From: Euryarchaeota archaeon UBA605
GTDB taxonomy: Archaea > Thermoplasmatota > Poseidoniia > Poseidoniales > Thalassarchaeaceae
Assembly (NCBI GenBank): GCA_002504905.1
Contig: DATY01000013.1
Coordinates: 6,422-70,421, forward strand
Reading direction: 5' to 3'
DNA length: 64,000 nucleotides
The translations under genes were made by a program, and so were the position numbers. Numbering within the stretch: position 1 is the stretch's first letter; every line of letters starts with the position of its first letter. This document shows positions 1 through 10,166 of this stretch, piece after piece. A model generated the notes under the pieces. The model saw only the letters and a program-made list of their open reading frames with translations. It was not told the DNA's origin and did no database searches.

Positions 1-1
1 A

Positions 2-313
2 GAGAATGATATTTGGAATCCCTCAGGTAATAGAAATACTTCAGGATTTTTAATACATGAAAGAGAATGGTTTACACGTTTTCTTTCGATTGGTTGGTAT
101 GATCTTTTGAGGATTGATTCGGGAGATGTTAAGGGTCCGTATTCTTGGTGGTCTAACAGAGGTCAAGCAAGAGTCTTAGATAGAGGATGGAGAATAGATT
201 ATGCTCTTGCCAATGATGCAGCATTGGAGATTTTCCAATCTGCAAAGATTCTCAGAGAGGGTGGCCTTACTGTTTCCGATCATGCTCCATTGATAATAGA
301 TTTAGATATATAA
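2..313 (+). CDS. xth: Exodeoxyribonuclease III family AP endonuclease, C-terminal fragment (5' end outside window)
   Basis: The frame is open from the window edge. The translation reads ...NDIWNPSGNRNTSGFLIHEREWF...GWRIDYALAN...TVSDHAPLIIDLDI, which carries the C-terminal WRIDY and SDHxP signatures of ExoIII/EEP nucleases. Confidence 0.8.
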   Translation, partial: ENDIWNPSGNRNTSGFLIHEREWFTRFLSIGWYDLLRIDSGDVKGPYSWWSNRGQARVLDRGWRIDYALANDAALEIFQSAKILREGGLTVSDHAPLIIDLDI

Positions 314-386
314 TTATTATTTTTTGGAATATTTGTCTTATTTTTTAATACGATACCTTTCAAGAGTAAGACGGCGGGCGGTATCC

Positions 387-1184
387 ATGGGAGAGGGCCT
401 CATAGATCGCCTTGACAAAATTTTACCTAATGGTAGAGGTGTCTGGATACCTATGGATCATGGAATTTCATCCTATCCTGAAAAAGGTCTTGAGAATATG
501 GGTCAAGTAGTTTCTTCTTGTATTTCAGGAGGCGCGGATGCTATTGTCTTACAGAAAGGTGCTTTGAGTCACTTTGTTAATACTACGGGCTGGAGTAATT
601 TCATATGTCATGTTTCTGTTTCAACTGTGAATGCAGGGGATAAAGACCAATATAAAGTCAGAGTGGCAAATGCAGAAGAGTGTTTGATGAGAGGTGCTAA
701 CGCCGTCTCAGCACAAATTAATCTTGGAAATAAATTTGAGTCTGAGATGATTCAAGAAATGGGTAGACTGACTGGTGAAGCATTGCTATTAGGACTTCCA
801 ACATTGGGTATGATTTATCCAAGAGGGCCCATGCTAAAAATTACTGAAGGTGATATCACAAAGGGAGTTGCTCATGCTGCACGTGTTGCATGGGAATTAG
901 GATGTGATGTTGTAAAAGTTCCTTGGACTGGTGACGTTGAATCTTTCAAATTAGTCTGCCAAGCAGTTCCTATTCCTGTTCTTATTTCTGGTGGTCCAAG
1001 AGATATTTCGTTTATTGAATTGCTCCATATTGTTGAGTTAGCAATCTCTGCAGGTGGATCTGGTGTTTGCATAGGAAGACAAATCTTTGGTGCTAATAAT
1101 CCGGAATCCTGTATCAGAGCATTGAGAGCTATAGTTCATGAAAATTCTACTTCTATCGAGGCTTCAAAATTGCTTGAGAGGTGA
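387..1184 (+). CDS. aroA': 2-amino-3,7-dideoxy-D-threo-hept-6-ulosonate (ADH) synthase, archaeal shikimate pathway (class I aldolase family)
   Basis: VWIPMDHGIS, GADAIVLQKG, MIYPRGP, VAHAARVAWELGCDVVKVPWTGD and GGPR align closely with my recollection of the Methanocaldococcus ADH synthase. DHQ synthase II lies immediately downstream. The ATG at 387 is preferred over the upstream TTG at 324. Confidence 0.9.
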   Translation: MGEGLIDRLDKILPNGRGVWIPMDHGISSYPEKGLENMGQVVSSCISGGADAIVLQKGALSHFVNTTGWSNFICHVSVSTVNAGDKDQYKVRVANAEECLMRGANAVSAQINLGNKFESEMIQEMGRLTGEALLLGLPTLGMIYPRGPMLKITEGDITKGVAHAARVAWELGCDVVKVPWTGDVESFKLVCQAVPIPVLISGGPRDISFIELLHIVELAISAGGSGVCIGRQIFGANNPESCIRALRAIVHENSTSIEASKLLER

Positions 1185-1188
1185 TGTT

Positions 1189-2127
1189 ATGGAACTTTGG
1201 CAAGATTCTCATTCGGAACCTATTCATGAATTTTGTTCCAGAGTTTGGTCAGGTAGTGCATCTGATGTTGCGGAAGTCAATCTTGACGATGCTAATTCAC
1301 AACAAGAAGCAATCTCCTTGATCGGTATGGTTCCTTGGATACTTGTTAGATGTTCTGATTGGACGATGATACCTTTAGAGAATTTGGTTTCAATTTCCCG
1401 AGGAACTGGGACGAAAATTTCAGTAGCAATTGATAAAATTATTGATTTGAATGGTGCTGCATTCGCTCTTGAACACGGTGTTGATGCAATCCTTCTTCAA
1501 TCCAGTAACAGCGAAATGTGGAAAGCTGCTATAGAAATAACCTCGAAAAAAGAATCAATTATCTCAAACACTTCAACTTCTATTGATATGGATACAGGAA
1601 AAATATTTTCTATTGATTCTAGCGGTATTGGAGAGAGAGTTTGTGTTGATCTGATTGAAAGATTAGACACTGGAGAAGGCCTGGTCATTGGGTCCAATTC
1701 ATCTCTACTAGCTTTGGTACATGGAGAGACGATTGAATCTCAATTTGTTCCGTCAAGACCTTTCAGAGTAAATGCAGGTTCTGTTCATTCTTACGTGTTG
1801 ATGTCTGATAACTCAACACGTTATCTTTCTGAGCTTAAGGCTGGAGATGAGGTAGCAGTGATTTCCTCATCTGGAGAAATTAGAAAATGTATTATTGGAA
1901 GACTAAAGATTGAACGACGCCCCTTCATAATTATCAGATTTAAAACAGAAAATGAGGAAGAAGGTCAAGTTATCTTACAACAGGCTGAAACTGTTAGATT
2001 AATTGATAAGTTTGGCAATGCATTATCAGTAACTGATTTAGAAATTGGTGATGAAATAATAATAAGAAAACAAAATCAAATGAGACATATTGGAAAAGCA
2101 CTTGAAGGAGAGGTGAATGAAAAATGA
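1189..2127 (+). CDS. aroB': 3-dehydroquinate synthase II (archaeal type)
   Basis: DWTMIPLENLV, SRPFRVNAGSVHSY, RYLSELKAGDEV, GRLKIERRPF and AETVRLID match the DHQ synthase II family. The ATG at 1189 lies 4 nt after the aroA' stop. Confidence 0.93.
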   Translation: MELWQDSHSEPIHEFCSRVWSGSASDVAEVNLDDANSQQEAISLIGMVPWILVRCSDWTMIPLENLVSISRGTGTKISVAIDKIIDLNGAAFALEHGVDAILLQSSNSEMWKAAIEITSKKESIISNTSTSIDMDTGKIFSIDSSGIGERVCVDLIERLDTGEGLVIGSNSSLLALVHGETIESQFVPSRPFRVNAGSVHSYVLMSDNSTRYLSELKAGDEVAVISSSGEIRKCIIGRLKIERRPFIIIRFKTENEEEGQVILQQAETVRLIDKFGNALSVTDLEIGDEIIIRKQNQMRHIGKALEGEVNEK

Positions 2128-2975
2128 ATATTCTAGCCGAAGCCGAATCCAATGCCGCGATTTCAATATTGCATGCAGTTGGCCTAAACAAGGGTTGTTC
2201 TGTAGGAATTAATCTTAAGGCAAATGTAAAGTTAGTTTCAGAACCTCAAGAAATTAAAGATGATTATCATCAATTATTTCAGTCTATTGAAATGGTTTGG
2301 AAAGAACATGGTCTTCCTCTACCTGATGTTTATGGCTGGCTAGTTTCGTCAGAAATTCCAGTTGGACAGGGTTTGAAATCGAGTTCAGCAATTTCTTGTG
2401 CGGCAATTAAAGCATTGAACAAGGCTACTTGGGCCGGTCTTAGTGATTCTGAAATAGTAGATATTGCTGTTTCTTCACAGCGTAAATCTGGATGTACAAT
2501 TACTGGTAGTATGGATGACACTTGGGCTTCGATATCTAATGGGTGGAAATTAGTGAATCCTAAAAAATCTGCTGAAGAATCAATTATTTTAGAGGGTAAA
2601 ATTGAAGATGAGATGATTATTTTCCTGATTCTTAGAGGGAAAAGGTCTGGTGAGATAAATGTCAGTAATTTTAAACAACAATCAAGAATCTTTGAGCGTG
2701 CATTAGATTCAATTTCAAATAACTCCGTCTTCCAAGCAATTTCGACTAATGGCTTGGCAGTTGCTGCTGCGATAGGAGATGACGAAGCAGTAAGAATATG
2801 CAATAAATTGATTGCTAGTGGGGCTATTGCGGCAGGAATTACTGGTTCAGGACCTGCAATTTCTATAGTTAGTTTTGTTAATGATTCAGAAATAATCCGT
2901 GAATCTCTAAGTGATTTAGGTTATGAAATAATTGAAACAACTTTTATCGATAATAATTTATTGGAGTTGATTTGA
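2124..2975 (+). CDS. aroK: Shikimate kinase, archaeal GHMP-kinase type
   Basis: It has the GHMP motif PVGQGLKSSSAISCA and a late GSGPA motif. It is about 280 aa. An ATGA overlap couples it to aroB', and it sits between aroB' and aroC. Confidence 0.85.
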   Translation: MNILAEAESNAAISILHAVGLNKGCSVGINLKANVKLVSEPQEIKDDYHQLFQSIEMVWKEHGLPLPDVYGWLVSSEIPVGQGLKSSSAISCAAIKALNKATWAGLSDSEIVDIAVSSQRKSGCTITGSMDDTWASISNGWKLVNPKKSAEESIILEGKIEDEMIIFLILRGKRSGEINVSNFKQQSRIFERALDSISNNSVFQAISTNGLAVAAAIGDDEAVRICNKLIASGAIAAGITGSGPAISIVSFVNDSEIIRESLSDLGYEIIETTFIDNNLLELI

Positions 2976-4072
2976 TGAGTATGAAGATTGGTGACCGACT
3001 ACGTGTAACTCTCTTTGGAGAAAGTCATGGTAGGTGTGTGGGAGCCTTATTGGAGGGCCTACCTGCGGGAACTAAAATTGATAATGAAATTCTTTTGGAT
3101 TTCATTAATCGAAGAAAACCCGGACGTAAAGGGCTCTCAACTAGAGCTGAAATTGATGCTTGTGAGGTCATGTCGGGAGTACATGATGGATTAGCAACTG
3201 GCTGGCCTATTCTTCTAATAACTTACAATTCAGACGTTCGTTCAAAAGATTACTCATTCTTACCTGATCATCCCCGACCAGGACATGCAGATATGGTTGA
3301 ACATATCCGTTCAGATGGTTCCAGTGATTTACGAGGAGGCGGTTCACAATCTGCAAGACTTACTTTCGGACTAGTTGCTGCAGGAAGTCAAGCACGAAGT
3401 TTACTTGATTCTGCTGGCTGGTCTTGTACAGCCCATTTATCGAGTGTTGGAAATATATCCTCCAGACCATTGTTTGAATTAGACAGGAATTCGCCCTTAG
3501 AAGATGGTACAGATATGTCAAGATTAAACTGTAGAGATCCTGATTCCGTTTCTAAAATGTCTGAGTTACTTGACTCTGTTAGAAAAGATCTCGACTCTAT
3601 AGGTTCAACGGTTGAATTATTGATCGAGGGGCTCCCAATTGGAGTTGGTGAGCCATGGTTTGATGGTATAGAACCGGCTTTAGCTAGAGGTTTAATGGCT
3701 ATTCCCGGTGCTAGAGCAGTTGAGTTTTCACACGGTTTTGCTACATCAAAAATGCGTGGTTCTGAAAATAATGATGCCTGGTATTTAGAAAATGGTGAAC
3801 CTATTCTAGAGGGTTCAGAATCTGGAAATGCGGATGGTGCATTGGGGGGGAGATCTACTAGCGCTCCTATAAGAGTCGTAGTTCATTTCAAGCCCCCAAG
3901 TAGTCTTGCAAGAGAGCAATCAACTTTACATCTTCCAAGTGGTGAGAAAAAACCACTTAAAGTACATGGCAGGCATGATCCTGTTCTAGGACCTAGAGCA
4001 GTACCTGTTGTTGAAGCTGTGGCCATATTGGTAATTTCTGACTTAGGTCTAATTGGTGGATACTTTGAGTAA
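2975..4072 (+). CDS. aroC: Chorismate synthase
   Basis: LFGESHGRCVGALLEGLPAG, PRPGHAD and GGGSQSAR are chorismate synthase signatures. The ATG at 2975 overlaps the aroK stop (TGATG). Confidence 0.95.
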   Translation: MSMKIGDRLRVTLFGESHGRCVGALLEGLPAGTKIDNEILLDFINRRKPGRKGLSTRAEIDACEVMSGVHDGLATGWPILLITYNSDVRSKDYSFLPDHPRPGHADMVEHIRSDGSSDLRGGGSQSARLTFGLVAAGSQARSLLDSAGWSCTAHLSSVGNISSRPLFELDRNSPLEDGTDMSRLNCRDPDSVSKMSELLDSVRKDLDSIGSTVELLIEGLPIGVGEPWFDGIEPALARGLMAIPGARAVEFSHGFATSKMRGSENNDAWYLENGEPILEGSESGNADGALGGRSTSAPIRVVVHFKPPSSLAREQSTLHLPSGEKKPLKVHGRHDPVLGPRAVPVVEAVAILVISDLGLIGGYFE

Positions 4073-4074
4073 TA

Positions 4075-4998
4075 TTATTTGCCACTATTTTCTCTCATTT
4101 GCGCCAGTCTAACCGGTAAATTCACTGCAAAAGCTGATGCAACAACCATGAATACGACAGCAGTACCAAGAGCAACACCGTAAACAGATGTTAACTCAAC
4201 ACTCTCTGCTAACCTTGTTGCTGCTGCATCGCTTCCAAGTAGTCCAACAATTGATGGAATAATTAAATTTATCAATAGTGTTACTAAAGCCACTAATCCA
4301 GCAATCAATGGAGTAATCATTAGCGATCTATAATATTGCCTTGTTATTTTCTTTACATTCATAACATAGACTTCGCCAGTCCTAATTGACTTATCAAGCA
4401 TTGAAAACCTAATTATTCCACTTGTTAGCTCTATGTACATCACTAGGAAAAGAGCATAAGAGATCAACAATAATTTCTGTGAAATCTCACCATCAGGTAG
4501 TAAATCTATCCCAAATTCAACCTTACTTCCAGCGAATCTAATCGTTACTAAAATTAGAATAACATACGAAATCAATATTGCGCGTTGTTCTCTTTGAAAG
4601 ATACCATACATGCCTGCTATGAAACCTATCGCAATCAAACTCCAATGTATTAATGCACCAATTGAAGGTATGTCAAGAGTATTGCTTAGCCAAAACCAGG
4701 CTGTTCCTGATACAGGAGTAACCGTAAATGTAACAATTGAAAGTAAAGTTAGCGTAATTGCTGCAGACATCTGCAAAGTCTGTACTACTCTATCTGGAGG
4801 TAGGAATTTAGTTTTTGTAACTATTGGGCCACCAAAGAATGACTCAATTACTGATGGAACATGAACTTCAGGGATAGCATCTTTAGGAATTTCAGTACTA
4901 CCTTTCATCCTACCTGCAGCCTTTTTACGACTAGGAGCGGATGATCTGATGGTTTTCCCATCATATAGGTGAGCAGTATCTGATTTTCCTTCTGCCAT
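4075..4998 (-). CDS. Polytopic membrane protein of unknown function, last gene of the MoxR/DUF58 cluster
   Basis: A 307-aa ORF with a basic N-terminal region of about 60 aa followed by at least 6 hydrophobic segments. It starts 9 nt after the DUF58 stop on the same strand. Confidence 0.6.
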   Translation of the reverse strand: MAEGKSDTAHLYDGKTIRSSAPSRKKAAGRMKGSTEIPKDAIPEVHVPSVIESFFGGPIVTKTKFLPPDRVVQTLQMSAAITLTLLSIVTFTVTPVSGTAWFWLSNTLDIPSIGALIHWSLIAIGFIAGMYGIFQREQRAILISYVILILVTIRFAGSKVEFGIDLLPDGEISQKLLLISYALFLVMYIELTSGIIRFSMLDKSIRTGEVYVMNVKKITRQYYRSLMITPLIAGLVALVTLLINLIIPSIVGLLGSDAAATRLAESVELTSVYGVALGTAVVFMVVASAFAVNLPVRLAQMRENSGK

Positions 4999-5007
4999 TA
5001 AATCACC

Positions 5008-6333
5008 TCAGAAACCTCTAGCACCTGAAAGAGCCGTATTCAACAGCATATCTGGTTCCCAATCCATGACATTAGCACCTAAACCTCTTAGTTCACTCAT
5101 CAAGATGTCTCTTTCTGTTTTTAGTAATTCATATCCAGTCCTGTCTAATCTCCTAGCATCAAACTCAAATTCCAAACTACTTGGAGAAAGTATTGTTACA
5201 TCGAAGTTTCTAGATCTCAGATCTCTAACAGCATCAATTATTGTGGGATCATCCTCTAATGGACTCAAAATAATAATTGGACTACCTCTGTTTATATGAG
5301 GTAGTATTCTATTAGTAACTACTTTCAAAGGAGTATTGCCTTTCGCCATTGCTCCAGCTAATTTTGTTAGAATTACGTACAATTGCTTTTTTCCTGTATC
5401 TCTATCTACCGAAACAATTTCATCTCCATAAACTACTACTCCAACTGAATCTCTTCTTGATAGGAAGTATTGAGATAAACTTGCGGCTGCTCTTGTACTG
5501 TAAACCAGAGAATTCCTACTGACTGGGCCTGTCTCAGAAACGGATCTACTATCAACTAACAAAATTATATCACTAACTGCATCTCTTTCAAATTCATTAA
5601 CCATTAGTTTCCCGCCAGATCTTGCTGTAGCTTTCCAGTTAACTTTCTTCATTGCATCACCAGGAACATATTCTCTGAGATTATAAAAATTTGATCCTTC
5701 TCCAGGATTTCTAATATTTACAGCTCCAGTAAAAATTTTAGGTACTCTACTCTTAATTAACGCGTCCTTAATATCTTCCATTTTTGGAAATACCAAGAAA
5801 TCATCATACAGATGAATTTCTCTTTCGTTATGGAAAAGGCCGAATGTATCTTGAATTCTTATACATACTGGACCTATTGTATAGAATCCTCTAAGTGGTG
5901 CTTCAATTGTATATGATATCTCGGTTTCCCTTTGTGGGCCTAACTCCATTAAAACATAATTGGCTCCCTTCTTAATTCTCATAACTTCAGGTACTCGATC
6001 TCTAACTTCCAGAACTTTGGAGAGATTGGATTTATTCTGGATTCTAATAGATACATCTATTTCACCATCTTCAAAAACACGAGCAGAAGATAGTTTCCTT
6101 AAAGCAACAAGATTCTGTAAAGCGATCCCGCCTGTGGCATTTTCATCATCTAATCTTCTTCCAGATGATGAAACATCTGCATTAGTAGTCCTAAAAGCAG
6201 CCCATGTAAGGAACGATAATAGAACAACAGCTACGGTAACTAATTGTTGATTTCTCAAAACTAAACCTAGGAGGTACAGAGCAATCGCTAGCGAAGCAAA
6301 CATCGCCGATTTTCTACTCCATGCCATAAGCAA
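5008..6333 (-). CDS. DUF58 family protein (vWA-like, MoxR partner)
   Basis: It has two N-terminal TM helices and the DUF58 hallmark LREYVPGDAMKKVNWKATARSGGKLMVNEFE. It is directly downstream of MoxR. Confidence 0.85.
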   Translation of the reverse strand: MLMAWSRKSAMFASLAIALYLLGLVLRNQQLVTVAVVLLSFLTWAAFRTTNADVSSSGRRLDDENATGGIALQNLVALRKLSSARVFEDGEIDVSIRIQNKSNLSKVLEVRDRVPEVMRIKKGANYVLMELGPQRETEISYTIEAPLRGFYTIGPVCIRIQDTFGLFHNEREIHLYDDFLVFPKMEDIKDALIKSRVPKIFTGAVNIRNPGEGSNFYNLREYVPGDAMKKVNWKATARSGGKLMVNEFERDAVSDIILLVDSRSVSETGPVSRNSLVYSTRAAASLSQYFLSRRDSVGVVVYGDEIVSVDRDTGKKQLYVILTKLAGAMAKGNTPLKVVTNRILPHINRGSPIIILSPLEDDPTIIDAVRDLRSRNFDVTILSPSSLEFEFDARRLDRTGYELLKTERDILMSELRGLGANVMDWEPDMLLNTALSGARGF

Positions 6334-6351
6334 ACCTCCTATTGTAGAACA

Positions 6352-7407
6352 TCAGACAGTTGGAACTGGGACTTGTCTAAGAATATCCGAGATTACTTGA
6401 TCAGTTTCTAGACCTTTAATTTGATGCTCAGGTTTCAGAATTAGTCTGTGTGAAACCGCTAAGGTAGCCACAGCTTTTACATCATCTGGAGTCACGAAGT
6501 CACGACCTCTCATAGCAGCAGCAGCACGACTTGTTTTCAGTAATGCCTGCGAACCTCTAGGTGAAGAACCAACTAGAACTCGAGGGTCTTCTCTCGTTCT
6601 TGATACTATTTCTACCATGTACATTCTAACTGCTGGGTCAACATAGACTTCTTCAATAGCTTGTTGCATAGCAACAACTCTAGCAGGGTCTGTAATTACA
6701 TCAACTTCTACAGCATCTTTCTTCCTTTCAATACGTCTTCTAAGAATCTCATCTTCATCCGCTCTATCAGGATAACCTACAGACATCTTAAACATGAAAC
6801 GATCTAATTGAGCCTCAGGAAGTGGGTAAGTTCCTTCTTGCTCAACAGGATTCTGTGTAGCCATTGTAAGGAAAGGCGAAGGTAATTTATGTGTTATTAC
6901 ACCAATAGTTACTTGCTTTTCTTGCATGGCTTCTAGTAGAGCAGCTTGTGTTTTTGGAGGAGCCCTATTAATCTCATCTGATAGTAAGAGATTACAGAAA
7001 ATAGGTCCTGGTTTGAAACTAAATTCCCCCTTCTTTGCATCGTAGATATTTGTTCCGGTAATATCTGCTGGTAACAAATCTGGTGTGAACTGAACACGCT
7101 TGAAGTCACATCCAAGCGCATCAGCGAAAGTGTTGGTCATCAGTGTTTTTGCAAGTCCGGGGTAATCTTCGAATAGAAGGTTACCATTTGACAAGATATT
7201 AACCATAACATTGTCAATTACGTGGCTTTTTCCGATGATTACTTTCTGAACCTCTAGACTAATCGCTTCTGCGATAGCCCCTACGGCTTCCAGTTTTTCA
7301 CTCATCTTCTTAGAACCACGAACGCTTTCGGCTTTCTTTGCATAACCCTGGCTAACCGCGTCTGCTTGCGGTGCTGCTGGTTTTTCTGCTGGTGGTGTTG
7401 CATTCAT
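6352..7407 (-). CDS. moxR: MoxR-family AAA+ ATPase
   Basis: LFEDYPGLAKT is the Walker A variant and LLSDEINRAPPKTQAALLEAMQE is the Walker B region. TQNP, PEAQLDRF and VGSSPRG are also present. The ATG at 7407 is preceded by GGAGAG. The ORF track starts at the upstream TTG at 7422. Confidence 0.93.
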   Translation of the reverse strand: MNATPPAEKPAAPQADAVSQGYAKKAESVRGSKKMSEKLEAVGAIAEAISLEVQKVIIGKSHVIDNVMVNILSNGNLLFEDYPGLAKTLMTNTFADALGCDFKRVQFTPDLLPADITGTNIYDAKKGEFSFKPGPIFCNLLLSDEINRAPPKTQAALLEAMQEKQVTIGVITHKLPSPFLTMATQNPVEQEGTYPLPEAQLDRFMFKMSVGYPDRADEDEILRRRIERKKDAVEVDVITDPARVVAMQQAIEEVYVDPAVRMYMVEIVSRTREDPRVLVGSSPRGSQALLKTSRAAAAMRGRDFVTPDDVKAVATLAVSHRLILKPEHQIKGLETDQVISDILRQVPVPTV

Positions 7408-7425
7408 TTTTTTTCTCTCCAATTT

Positions 7426-9057
7426 CTAGTTTGTCTTACCCCATTTCCTTATTGCTATCATTAGTTGCCTTAGTTCTTGGGGTGAGTATGTTCGTGATTG
7501 GCTGTAAGCCAGTTCAACCAGCCTAGGGTCGCCTATCATTGCTTGGACCTCTGCTGGGGGTTTTGAAGCCATTTGGTCTCTAGTCAGGTCATGATGAACT
7601 CTGACTTTAGTAAATAGAGACTGCTTGACTCTGAGTCTGTAAGTACTTGGATCTAATTTTTTCGGCCTTTGATTAAATCTGGTCAAATCAAAAATATGTC
7701 TCCAATTTTCTTTTTCCGGTATAACCATCATTGAAACAAGTAGTAGTAAACCTACGTTTAGAACAACTAGCCATTTCAGGAAAGTGTTAGAAGTTAGTAA
7801 AACAACTGTTGACATTCCAGCTACAAATGGCGCGGAAATAGTTCCAGTAACGTGTCTACTTTCATCAAAGACTATTCGGAAATTGGAATTATCTTGTCTT
7901 ATCTGACTAGATAGCTGAGTATTATCGAATTCCATCATTGAATGAACTAGCATTTGGAAGTAGACACTATTTCCATTCCAGTCATTATTATCATTAATCT
8001 CATTCATCCAGCATTTGGACTCTACTATGCCTTCACAAGAACTTCTCATTCCAGTAAGCGCAGCCGTATTAAAATCCCATAATCTATCTGAGAATGCTTC
8101 GTCATCAGAAACGAATACAATACTTCCAGTAACATCAATTTCCTCTAGTCCACCAAAACCTGCACTTCCTCTGACTTTGTCATAAACGGGAATTCCTGGA
8201 TAGTCAATTCTTACCATTAAAGCCAAATCTCCGGGAGCAGGGTTCCTTACATCACTTGAATCACCATTCCCAATAATATCGATAAAGGCAGAAGAAGATG
8301 CAGTAGCTAAGATGTTAACTTCTCTTTGTGTTTCTGCATTATTCTGAGGCAAATCTTCGGATGTAGGTTCAAATCTAATTCCAGTAGGTGACCTAAACAT
8401 AACTGGTATTCTACATGATTTCGGATCATTGTTAGAAATTTGGAATTCAGAACATCCTTTTCTAGCAGCTCCAGCCTCCATTTCATTAACATCATTTTCA
8501 ACAGATGCAACACTCCAAACATTCTGCCAAACTGGATCTTTAATTGTATCATCCTCATTATACTCCAGCCAATGTTGATTTTGATCCAATAGTGGTTTAT
8601 CAAAATATGAAACACCGAATTTTGCTGCCAATCTATTCGCGTTCGTATTATCTGCAGCAACTATAACTTTGCCACCTTTCTCAGTTACAAAATCATAAAT
8701 TGCATCCGCAGCAGTTTCATCAATTGGCTTTTCAGGCGATACTATGACTAGCATAGTTCTGTGTGGATCTTTCCAGTCATTCACTAACATCGGAGTTGAC
8801 ATTGTGTTTGCTGTAAAATAACCCAAATTATTACTATCTTCAGTACATCGATCTAAATCATCTCCAAGATCGCATCTCATTTCACTTAGTTGCGCTAAAC
8901 TATCGGATTCATATGCGGAGTAAGAAGTGTCTTTCCCTATCACCATTAACATAGGTGCTAGTAGAAGTAATACTACTGTAATTGCGATAGAACCGATTAC
9001 AATAGTGTTGAAATCAAATCTATCATCATCCCCTTCAGTCAAAATAATCAAATCCAT
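7426..9057 (-). CDS. Membrane-anchored protein with a large extracytoplasmic domain, DUF4350/GldG-like (tentative)
   Basis: It has an N-terminal TM, an ectodomain of about 400 aa containing TMLVIVSPEKPIDETAADAIYDFVTEKGGKVIVAAD and IVFVSDDEAFSD, a second TM and a basic C-terminal tail. Its stop is 3 nt before the TTG-start moxR ORF boundary (7422) and 18 nt before the preferred ATG at 7407. Confidence 0.5.
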   Translation of the reverse strand: MDLIILTEGDDDRFDFNTIVIGSIAITVVLLLLAPMLMVIGKDTSYSAYESDSLAQLSEMRCDLGDDLDRCTEDSNNLGYFTANTMSTPMLVNDWKDPHRTMLVIVSPEKPIDETAADAIYDFVTEKGGKVIVAADNTNANRLAAKFGVSYFDKPLLDQNQHWLEYNEDDTIKDPVWQNVWSVASVENDVNEMEAGAARKGCSEFQISNNDPKSCRIPVMFRSPTGIRFEPTSEDLPQNNAETQREVNILATASSSAFIDIIGNGDSSDVRNPAPGDLALMVRIDYPGIPVYDKVRGSAGFGGLEEIDVTGSIVFVSDDEAFSDRLWDFNTAALTGMRSSCEGIVESKCWMNEINDNNDWNGNSVYFQMLVHSMMEFDNTQLSSQIRQDNSNFRIVFDESRHVTGTISAPFVAGMSTVVLLTSNTFLKWLVVLNVGLLLLVSMMVIPEKENWRHIFDLTRFNQRPKKLDPSTYRLRVKQSLFTKVRVHHDLTRDQMASKPPAEVQAMIGDPRLVELAYSQSRTYSPQELRQLMIAIRKWGKTN

Positions 9058-9211
9058 TTTCAGATGTAGAACATAGCCAAGGCTTACAACTGTTCAAGCG
9101 AGCGATGAATTACAGTTATATGTTGCTGCTATTAGTTCAGGTAAATTAGATTTAAGCAAGTAATATGGTGTTTTTTCCACACCCTCTCAGTATCCCTTTT
9201 CTAATGAAAAA

Positions 9212-10165
9212 TTAACTATTTTTCCGATTATTATTAATGTAAAATAGTGCTAAACATGTTGAAAGCATAATTGCGCTTATTCCTGATGAAGGAAGGTTCG
9301 TATCAACTACCTCAGTTATGCTTTCTTCTTCGTCTTGATTTTCTTGATTATCTGTCGGCTTAGAAAGTGGTGGTTCGACGGTTATGGAAGTTTCATCTTC
9401 AGAAATTTTTGAAGAACCTGTATTCATTGCACCATTTGAATGAACTGTGATTTCCAACTTACAATTTTTCCTTGGATGACTCTGTGATGCAGTAATTTTC
9501 AAGTCCGCATTAGCGGCTCTATCTTTATCTAAATCAGTAACTAATAATTTATCTAGTCCATTGTCCAAAGTCATTAGAGGGCAATTATCCGATAAATCAA
9601 TTTCTCCTACCTTATCTTTGATATTGCCATTGTTTGTCACGGTTACCCTAAGAATCATATCAGTTCCAGCATTCATTGGTCCAACTGGATCATCAATATC
9701 TACTGAAATCGAGTATATAGTTGGTATCTTTAAGTCTGCCATTGCTTCTTGATTTTCTGGTATTAGAACCTGAACCCCAGCTCTTGTAACTAAACTTGCA
9801 GTAATTTTCATCTCCTCTATTGAATTAGCCGCAAAATTATAAACATCTATATCTTCAATAACTAGAGAAAAAGTATCATTATCTCCTGCCTGTATTTTCT
9901 CTGACTCAGGGCCATCTTCTATTCCCTCAAAAGGCACTTCATACGTGAAACTGACTTCAATTTCAAACATTTGAGTATTATGAACGTAGAATTCTATTAC
10001 TCTTTCTCCATCTTCATTGATTAGAAATGGATTACTTTCATCATCCCCAATGTAATTTATTCCTAATTCCCAATTACCCAGTTCAGGTTGTTCTTGTCCA
10101 GAACTAATTGTAGTGAAATTTGTCAGTAATATCAAACTTATGACGATACAGAGAAGTTTATTCAT
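9212..10165 (-). CDS. Secreted or surface-anchored protein (signal peptide, beta-rich ectodomain, acidic linker, C-terminal TM)
   Basis: MNKLLCIVISLILLTNFTTISSGQ is a signal peptide. The stretch ILRVTVTNNGN is CARDB/Ig-like. The C-terminal segment GISAIMLSTCLALFYI is hydrophobic. The ATG at 10165 lies 1 nt after the stop of the upstream FAD-subunit gene. Confidence 0.6.
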   Translation of the reverse strand: MNKLLCIVISLILLTNFTTISSGQEQPELGNWELGINYIGDDESNPFLINEDGERVIEFYVHNTQMFEIEVSFTYEVPFEGIEDGPESEKIQAGDNDTFSLVIEDIDVYNFAANSIEEMKITASLVTRAGVQVLIPENQEAMADLKIPTIYSISVDIDDPVGPMNAGTDMILRVTVTNNGNIKDKVGEIDLSDNCPLMTLDNGLDKLLVTDLDKDRAANADLKITASQSHPRKNCKLEITVHSNGAMNTGSSKISEDETSITVEPPLSKPTDNQENQDEEESITEVVDTNLPSSGISAIMLSTCLALFYINNNRKNS

Positions 10166-10166
10166 A

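Noticed and set aside
8307-8660. 117-aa same-strand alternative-frame ORF inside the DUF4350-like gene. The 115-aa ORF at 38707-39054 is a similar case.
   Set aside because: These are out-of-frame overlaps with longer ORFs that have coherent TM and ectodomain architecture. There are no motifs, and the amino-acid composition is skewed.
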